A DNA stretch of 64,000 nt, taken from NCBI GenBank assembly GCA_963724765.1, contig CAVRVY010000002.1:96001-160000 (forward strand), read 5' to 3'. The stretch comes from an uncultured delta proteobacterium. GTDB taxonomy: Bacteria > Desulfobacterota > Binatia > Binatales > Binataceae. Below the pieces are notes generated by a model, which saw only the letters and a program-made list of their open reading frames with translations, searched no databases and had not been told where the DNA came from. Both the position numbers and the translations under genes were made by a program. Below, piece by piece: positions 57,406-64,000 of the stretch (its first letter is position 1; every line of letters starts with the position of its first letter).

Positions 57406-59024
57406 ACGGCCCGCTCAACACTTTGACCCGACTTGCACTGTGCGTCATCAGTGGCGTCGCGCTGGGCGTCGCTTTTCCCAAGTTCGACATCAACCTGCTC
57501 GCATGGATCGCCTTCGTCCCGCTGCTCCAGGCCATTGAGGGCGAGAGCATGGGCCGGGTATTCGGCTACGCCTGGTTCCAGGGATTGGTGTGCTTCGTGG
57601 TGTCGCTTTACTGGATCGAGTTCACGCTGCATCATTTTGCCGGCGTCAATCCCATCCTGGCCTCAGGCCCGCTGTTGCTGCTGGCGGCGATTATGGCGCT
57701 GTTTTCGGGGCTTGCGATTTGGGCCGCTCAGTTTGCAACCGTGCGCCTGGGCCTGCCGATCTTCGTCACGTTGCCGATCGCGTGGCCGGCGGTGGAGTGG
57801 CTGCGCAGTTTTTTCCCGATCGGATTTCCATGGAACTTGGTCGGCTACACGGCCTACCGCAACCTCGGACTGATCCAGTTCGCCGAGATAACCGGCGTAT
57901 ACGGTGTCTCGGCGCTGATCGTTTTCTTCAACGCGGTGGTCTTTGTGGTGCTGTTCGGGCGTCATTCACGCCGCGTTCAGACCTGGAGCCTCGGCACGCT
58001 GACGGCCCTGATGCTAGCGGCGCTGGTTTTTGGGACCATTCGGATGAACGCGTTGGAGTCGCAGCCGCCGGCCGGGCGGATGCGGGTCGCGATGGTGCAG
58101 GGCAACATCCCGCAGAGCATCAAGTGGGATCCGGCGTTTCTCGACAGCAGCTTCAGCGTTTACGTCGACCAGACCCAGCAGGCCGCGCGTCATCACGTCG
58201 ACCTGGTAATATGGCCCGAGGCAGCGGCGGCGTTTTTCTTTCAGCCCACGGCGCTCTATCCGCCACGTTTCGCCGGCGACGCGGTTTACCGCGACCGCCT
58301 GCTCAAGCTCGCGGCCGACATTGGCGATCCAATCCTATTCGGCGCGCCGGCGCTCGGCGTCGCCGCCGACGGCCTAGTCGGCATGTACAACCGCGCCTAT
58401 CTGGTCTCGAGCGCGGGCAAGGTGGTCGACTACTACGATAAGATCCAGCTGGTGCCGTTCGGCGAGTACGTGCCGATGCGTCCGCTGTTGGGCCACCTCG
58501 TCAACCGCATCGTCCACGGCTTCGGCGACATGATTGCGGGAACCGCGCAGACGCTGTTTCCGGTCGAGGGTGCGCAGCTCGGCGTGCTGATTTGCTACGA
58601 GAGCATTTTTCCAGATCTCACCCGGCGCGCCGTCAAGCGCGGCGCCGACGTACTGGTCAACATCACCAACAACGCGTGGTATGGCGAGAGTTCGGCGCCA
58701 GACCAGTTGCTCGCGATGACGGCGATGCGCGCGGTGGAGACCAAAGTTCCGATGGTGCGAGTGGCCAATACCGGGATAAGCGCGGTGATCGAAGCCGACG
58801 GCAAGATCACGGCGAGCACGCCGCTGTTCAGGCGCGGCACCGAGATCGAGGACGTGAGCTGGCGTCCGCGGCGCACGGTCTACACGATGGTGGGCGATCT
58901 GTTCTCGGAGATTTGCTTCGTGCTGACGCTCGTCGGGGTGCTGCTCGCGATCCTGCGCGGCCGCGGCGCACGAACGCTACCGTCGCCGGTCGCTGGGACG
59001 CTCAACCGCAACGGAAGCAGTTGA
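57402..59024 (+). CDS. lnt: Apolipoprotein N-acyltransferase
   Basis: GFPW, QGNIPQ, WPEA, KIQLVPFGEY, ICYE, RVANTGIS. Confidence 0.95.
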   Translation: MNGPLNTLTRLALCVISGVALGVAFPKFDINLLAWIAFVPLLQAIEGESMGRVFGYAWFQGLVCFVVSLYWIEFTLHHFAGVNPILASGPLLLLAAIMALFSGLAIWAAQFATVRLGLPIFVTLPIAWPAVEWLRSFFPIGFPWNLVGYTAYRNLGLIQFAEITGVYGVSALIVFFNAVVFVVLFGRHSRRVQTWSLGTLTALMLAALVFGTIRMNALESQPPAGRMRVAMVQGNIPQSIKWDPAFLDSSFSVYVDQTQQAARHHVDLVIWPEAAAAFFFQPTALYPPRFAGDAVYRDRLLKLAADIGDPILFGAPALGVAADGLVGMYNRAYLVSSAGKVVDYYDKIQLVPFGEYVPMRPLLGHLVNRIVHGFGDMIAGTAQTLFPVEGAQLGVLICYESIFPDLTRRAVKRGADVLVNITNNAWYGESSAPDQLLAMTAMRAVETKVPMVRVANTGISAVIEADGKITASTPLFRRGTEIEDVSWRPRRTVYTMVGDLFSEICFVLTLVGVLLAILRGRGARTLPSPVAGTLNRNGSS

Positions 59025-59165
59025 CGAGGCCGGCGCTGGAGCTTCGCTCCAGGGGATTCAGTTTTCTCACACATAGATTCAAAAACGCGGAGCGATCAAT
59101 CCCTGCGATGGGACCAACCGCTCCGCGCTCGACCGTTCCAGATACGCCGAGCCTCACGCGAATGT

Positions 59166-59717
59166 CTAATACATGGAACTTGACGGGCAGCGCCTGTCGT
59201 CGTCCCACGCGTAGATATAGCGCTTGTCGTCGTCCTTTCTATAGTAACGACACCGGTGAGATGGGGGCCCGTCGTCGCGCTTGAGTCCCTCAGCCGCCTC
59301 GTATATTGGCGAGTCTGACGGGGCGATGGAAGAGTTGCCGCCTGTTACCAGAGGATTCCCGCTGGTCCCTACCGGACTGGCGACGGCCACCGGCGGAGAG
59401 CCAGGCGACATCCCCCAGCTAACGCTGAGACCACGGTCTCCGACATACGATACCACCGACGAACCGTTCGAGCTTATCGTATAGATGCCGGCCCGCAGAT
59501 TGTGGATGGCGTATGCGCCGGTTGTGTCAGTCACAGTTTGGGCGACAGTGGAGCCTGCCGAGTCGAGGACCGAAATATGAACGCCGGATGCCACTTGTCC
59601 GGAATCGTTCGAGATCTTTCCGACGAGATCAGCGCAAAGGGCCCAAGGTGCGCTGGCTATGAGCAACGACGCTGCGATTGATAGGGTTACAAAGGTTACA
59701 AGTGACTTCCTGGTCAT
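59166..59717 (-). CDS. Secreted carboxypeptidase-regulatory-like (Cna-B-type) domain protein
   Basis: SD GGGGAGG; signal peptide; GKISNDSG...TVTDTTGAYAIHNLRAGIYTI. Confidence 0.7.
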   Translation of the reverse strand: MTRKSLVTFVTLSIAASLLIASAPWALCADLVGKISNDSGQVASGVHISVLDSAGSTVAQTVTDTTGAYAIHNLRAGIYTISSNGSSVVSYVGDRGLSVSWGMSPGSPPVAVASPVGTSGNPLVTGGNSSIAPSDSPIYEAAEGLKRDDGPPSHRCRYYRKDDDKRYIYAWDDDRRCPSSSMY

Positions 59718-59743
59718 GAATTCCCTCCCCCCTTCGGTCCCAA

Positions 59744-59835
59744 AGCATATGGTGTGCCGGTCCGTGTAATAACTCCAATCTACTAATCGTGCGCCAAAGC
59801 TTTCACGGACCCAGTCGCCGTTGCGCGTGCGCAAC
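59744..59835 (-). promoter_or_regulatory. sigma54 promoter plus bEBP site (copy 4)
   Basis: Minus strand CGGCACACCATATGCT (59744-59759); GTTGCgcgtgcGCAAC (59820-59835). Confidence 0.65.
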
Positions 59836-60054
59836 AAAGAGGGCCCGTCCATTATTCCAGGTCCGGCGCTGCCTCAGCATTGCGGATACTGCATCTGATC
59901 CGCGCGGCGGACTTTGTCCACGAGGGGGCGTGGCCCGGCTCGTGACGAGGCTCATCGCGGTGTGAGACTCCGCGCCATTAAGTCGGGGCGGCCCATGTGT
60001 CATGATAAAGGGCTGACGATTGGAGCGGACAACCGCACGGAGTGAAACGAACGC

Positions 60055-61186
60055 ATGGAACTCAGCGAAATGCGCGACCAGGTAGCCGACTTCGAAACCC
60101 GCACCGACAAGCTCGGGAGGCGTCTTTGACGTCGCTCGCCTCAAAGCCCGCCACCAAGAACTGCTGAAAGAGACCGGCAAGCCGGGCTTTTGGGATCGGC
60201 CCGATACCGCCCAGGCCACGCTCAAGGAAAACGACCGTATCAACGAACAGCTCGCGGGCTTCGAGCGGCTGCGCGCGGCGCTCGACGAGGCGCGGCTGTT
60301 CCTCTCGATGGCCGAGGAAGAGGGACGCGACGACTCCGAGGCGGCGCGCGAGACTGAAACGGCGCTAAGCAAGACGCGCGGCGAAATCGAGCGTCAGGAA
60401 CTGCAGGTGATGCTCGGCGGCGAGTACGACCGGCTCGGCGCGATCGTTTCGATCCATCCGGGCGCCGGCGGTTTGGAGGCTCAGGACTGGGCCGAGATGC
60501 TGCTCAGGCTATATCTGCGATGGGCCGAGCGGCGCGGCTATAAAACCGATCTCGCCGACCTGCAACCGGGCGATGGCGGCGGAATCAAGAGCGCGACCTT
60601 CACCGTCGAGGGCGACTACGCCTACGGCTACCTCAAGGCCGAGGCCGGGATCCATCGCCTGGTGCGCATTTCGCCCTTTGACGCCAACGCGCGCCGTCAT
60701 ACTTCGTTTGCCTCGGTTTTCGTTTTTCCGGCGATCGACGACAAGGTCGAGGTGATAATCAATCCCGCCGATCTGCGCGTCGATACTTTCCGCGCGAGCG
60801 GCGCTGGCGGCCAGCACGTCAACAAGACCGACTCGGCCGTGCGGATGACCCATCTGCCGACCGGAATCGTGGTGAGCTGCCAGAACGAACGCTCGCAGCA
60901 CAAGAACCGCGCGATGGCGATGAAGATTCTGCGCGCGCGTCTGTTCGAGCTCGAAGAGCGCAAGAAGCGCGAGCAGTTCGAGCAGTTCACCAAGGACAGA
61001 AAGGACATCACCTGGGGCAGCCAGATTCGCTCCTACGTCCTGCAGCCGTATCGCATGGTGAAGGACCATCGCACCGGCATCGAGATTGGCAACACCGACG
61101 CCGTGCTCGACGGCGCGATCGATCCGTTTATCGAGGCCTACCTGATGGGCGTGCGAAAGTCGGGCGCCGAGGTGGCCCCGGCCTGA
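60055..61186 (+). CDS. prfB: Peptide chain release factor 2 with programmed +1 frameshift
   Basis: GGGAGG-cgt-CTT-TGA-C at 60115-60130; SPF and GGQ motifs in the +1 frame. Confidence 0.96.
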
Positions 61187-61294
61187 CCGCGCGATTGCAG
61201 GGCGCGCCCGCGAGGGCGCAAAGTAAAATGGTGCGTGCTTCACGCCGCATCCAACCGCAAGCAGCATCAAGGAGATGCCACTCAAGGAGATCCC

Positions 61295-61987
61295 ATGATC
61301 GACGTTTATTTCTGGATGACCCCCAACGGCTACAAAGTCACGATCGCACTGGAGGAGTTGGGGATGCCCTACAATGTGATCCCGATTAATATCGGCAAGG
61401 GCGATCAGTTCAAGCCCGAGTTTCTCAAGGTCAGTCCCAACAATAAGATTCCCGCAATGGTTGATCCCGACGGTCCTGGCGGCAAGCCAATCTCGATTTT
61501 CGAGTCGGGCGCGATCCTGATTTATCTCGCCGAGAAAAGCGGGAAGCTGATGCCGAAGGAGCCGCGCGGGCGCTACAACGTGCTCGAGTGGCTGATGTTC
61601 CAGATGGCGAGCGTCGGCCCGATGCTCGGCCAGGCACATCACTTCCGGCGCTACGCGCCCGATCAGATCCAGTACGCGATCGATCGCTACACCAACGAGG
61701 CCAAGCGCATCTACAACGTGATCGACAAGCGCCTGTCCGAAGCGCCGTACCTCGCCGGCGACTACTCGATCGCCGACATTGCGACCTACCCATGGCTGCG
61801 GCCGCATAAATGGCAGGGACAGGAGCTCGAGGACTTCCCGCATCTCAAGCGCTGGTACGACGAGCTCGAAAAGCGCGCCGCGGTGCAGAAAGGATGCGCG
61901 GTCATGGCCGAGCATCTGCATCACGGGCCGCCCGACAAGCAGTCGTGGCAAACGCTGTTCGGCCCCAAGCAATACGAGAAGCGCTAG
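61295..61987 (+). CDS. Glutathione S-transferase, YfcG/YghU-like
   Basis: TPNG, PNNKIP, FESGAIL, GPMLGQAHHF. Confidence 0.92.
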   Translation: MIDVYFWMTPNGYKVTIALEELGMPYNVIPINIGKGDQFKPEFLKVSPNNKIPAMVDPDGPGGKPISIFESGAILIYLAEKSGKLMPKEPRGRYNVLEWLMFQMASVGPMLGQAHHFRRYAPDQIQYAIDRYTNEAKRIYNVIDKRLSEAPYLAGDYSIADIATYPWLRPHKWQGQELEDFPHLKRWYDELEKRAAVQKGCAVMAEHLHHGPPDKQSWQTLFGPKQYEKR

Positions 61988-62019
61988 GACGAAGCGGTTG
62001 CGGCGCGTGTCGCGGACGC

Positions 62020-62940
62020 TCAGCCGCGATGCGCGTCGAGCAGCTTCAGGAGCGCGTGCACGGTCTCGGTGGCCGGCACGCTAAGCTCGTGGCGGCGCGC
62101 GGCGCGCACCACGGCGCCGCTTATCGCGTCGTACTCCAGGCGCTTGCCGCGCTCGAGATCCTGTAGCGTCGAAGTTTTGATCGCGCTCGCATTGGAGAAG
62201 CCGCGGGCGACGTTGTAGAGCGCCTCGACGTCCTCGTCGGATATGTTCGCACCCTCGGCGCGTCCCACCATCGCGGTCTCGTTGATCAGACGATGCACCA
62301 GCGCGTCGCTTTCGGGGTCGGCGAACATTTCGCCGAGCGTGCAGCGCGCGAGCGCGCTCACCGTGTTGGTGCCGTTGTTGCCCATCAGTTTTTTCCAGCG
62401 CACGCTCTTGAGATCGCGGGTGAACTGGCCAAAAACTCCGGCGCGCTTGAAAGCCTGGGCCATCCGCTGCGCGCGCGGTGTGTCGCTTCCGTCGAGCTCG
62501 CCGAATTCGATTATGCCCGATGCGGTATGGAGCAGCTTGCCGGGCGCGGTCAGTTCGGCGCCCACGCGCGCATTGCCGCCCATCACCGATTCGCGCGGCA
62601 GCACCGTGCAGAGCGCCTCTTCATTCTCGACCCCGTTCTGAATCGTCATCACGGCGCCGCCCTCGCTAAGGCATCCGTCGAGCAGGCGCGCCGTGGCGAT
62701 CGTGTCGTATGACTTGACGCAGAACAGGATTAGCTCGTAGGGCGCGAACTCGCGCGGGTTGCCGGTCGCCTTGACCTGCAAGCTGAAATCGCCCTGGAAG
62801 CTCTTCACTTCGAGCCCATGTTCGCGCAGCACGCGCAGGTTTTCGCTGCGCGCACAGTAGTAGACGTCCTCGCCGGCCCGTTGCAGGCGCGCTCCATAGA
62901 ACAGCCCGACTGCGCCTGCTCCCATGACCAGAATTTTCAT
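62020..62940 (-). CDS. panE: 2-dehydropantoate 2-reductase
   Basis: GAGAVG, CVKSY, QNG, WKKLMGN, STLQD..GKRLE. Confidence 0.9.
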   Translation of the reverse strand: MKILVMGAGAVGLFYGARLQRAGEDVYYCARSENLRVLREHGLEVKSFQGDFSLQVKATGNPREFAPYELILFCVKSYDTIATARLLDGCLSEGGAVMTIQNGVENEEALCTVLPRESVMGGNARVGAELTAPGKLLHTASGIIEFGELDGSDTPRAQRMAQAFKRAGVFGQFTRDLKSVRWKKLMGNNGTNTVSALARCTLGEMFADPESDALVHRLINETAMVGRAEGANISDEDVEALYNVARGFSNASAIKTSTLQDLERGKRLEYDAISGAVVRAARRHELSVPATETVHALLKLLDAHRG

Positions 62941-62950
62941 CGCTATCCCC

Positions 62951-63562
62951 TCAGGCCGCGCGGGCGAGCGCGTCCTGCCACAGGCGTGTCACTGCGGCGC
63001 GCAGTTCTTCGAGCGTGCCGTCGTTGCGAATCACCGAGGTTGCGTACTTGCGCCGCTCCTCGTCGGAGAGCTGCGCCCGGATGCGCGCCTCGGTCTGCTC
63101 GGGCTTGAGCCCGCGGTCGCGCTCGACCCGTTCGATCACGCGCTCGCGCGCGGCGGTTACCAGCCAGATTTCGTCGAACAGTGGCTGCCAGTTGGCCTCG
63201 ATCAGGATGGCCGCCTCGATAACGATCGGCCGTGTCTCCCCGCCACGGCGCATCGCGGCGACCATCTCGCCCATCCGCGCGAACATCTTTGGATGCACGA
63301 TCGCGTTGAGTCGTTTGAGCGCCGCGGGATCGGCGAACACGATCGGCCCGAGCTTGCGGCGGTCGATAGTTCGGTCGGGGGCGAGGATGCCCTCGCCGAA
63401 GGCGTCGACCAGTTCCCGGTAGGCGGGGGCGTCCGGCTGATAGATCTCGTGGCCGACCTTGTCGGCGTCGATTGCGGGCGCGCCCAGCTCGGCCAGAATT
63501 TTCGCCGCAGTGCTCTTGCCCGAGCCGATTCCGCCCGTGAGTCCGATAGTAATTGGTTTCAT
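62951..63562 (-). CDS. coaE: Dephospho-CoA kinase
   Basis: IGLTGGIGSGKST, IDADK, LNAIVHP. Confidence 0.95.
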   Translation of the reverse strand: MKPITIGLTGGIGSGKSTAAKILAELGAPAIDADKVGHEIYQPDAPAYRELVDAFGEGILAPDRTIDRRKLGPIVFADPAALKRLNAIVHPKMFARMGEMVAAMRRGGETRPIVIEAAILIEANWQPLFDEIWLVTAARERVIERVERDRGLKPEQTEARIRAQLSDEERRKYATSVIRNDGTLEELRAAVTRLWQDALARAA

Positions 63563-63602
63563 TGCGATTCGATCGTTGCCGTGCCGCCGTTGCCGCGCCG
63601 TC

Positions 63603-64000
63603 TTAGCCGGCCGCCTCGCGCCCCCACGACTGGAGATTGTACAGGTAGCTGAAGAAGCCGCCGCGCGAAAGCAATTCGGCGAAGGTTCCCTGCTCGGCGA
63701 TTTCACCGTCGCGCAGCACCACGATGCGATCAGCGTTCTGAATCGTGGAGAGCCGATGCGCGATCACCAGCGTGGTGCGCCCGCGCATCGCTTCGCGCAC
63801 CGCGGCCAGCACCAGCGACTCGGTTTCCGCATCCAGCGCGCTGGTCGGCTCGTCCATCACCAACACCGGCGCGTCGCGCAGGAGCGCCCGCGCGATCGTC
63901 ACGCGTTGCGCCTCGCCCTCGGAGAGGCTGTGGCCGCCCTGGCCGACGACTTCGTCGAGGCCGGCCGGCAGTCGCGTGATCACCGGGTCGAGGCGGGCGG
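63603..64000 (-). CDS. ABC exporter ATP-binding domain (3' part only)
   Basis: LSEGEAQR, MDEPTSALD, IAHRLSTI. Confidence 0.88.
   Translation of the reverse strand, partial: ARLDPVITRLPAGLDEVVGQGGHSLSEGEAQRVTIARALLRDAPVLVMDEPTSALDAETESLVLAAVREAMRGRTTLVIAHRLSTIQNADRIVVLRDGEIAEQGTFAELLSRGGFFSYLYNLQSWGREAAG

Noticed and set aside
61267-61298. Duplicated TCAAGGAGAT and a 7-codon uORF overlapping the GST start
   Set aside because: The uORF ATG abuts its SD with no spacing; more likely a short local duplication.

Overview
High-GC bacterial chromosomal window. Gene style suggests a Deltaproteobacteria-like lineage such as Ca. Binatota, but this is inference only. It is mostly housekeeping: pstA/pstB, ccsA-hemA-hemC::hemD, tRNA-Asn, trmJ-like, mce, moeB, thiC, alaS-phoH-ybeY-lnt, frameshifted prfB, panE and coaE. 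Accessory blocks include a Flp/Tad pilus locus (three near-identical flp pilins, tadE, cpaBCEF, tadBC) with a convergent sigma54 enhancer-binding protein, and a sensorless kinase / double-domain KaiC-like ATPase / receiver module. Main signals the ORF track does not show: (1) a palindrome GTTGC-N6-GCAAC in four intergenic sites, three of them 76-90 bp upstream of sigma54 -24/-12 boxes, defining a candidate Tad-pilus regulon run by a bEBP that lacks the phospho-acceptor Asp and reaching a secreted-protein gene about 40 kb away; (2) a hidden selenoprotein (W-U-P-Y-C redoxin fused to a DsbD-N-like domain, with a SECIS-like hairpin); (3) long perfect in-frame palindromes inside ybeY and the hemC-hemD linker; (4) a patch of atypical codon usage over the tRNA-recognition region of alaS; (5) a helix-deleted TadE paralogue, a probable non-canonical start for phoH, and an AbiGi-like gene inside the ybeY-lnt operon. 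No integrase, transposase, CRISPR array or rRNA was recognised. All family calls come from recognised motifs; no database search was run.
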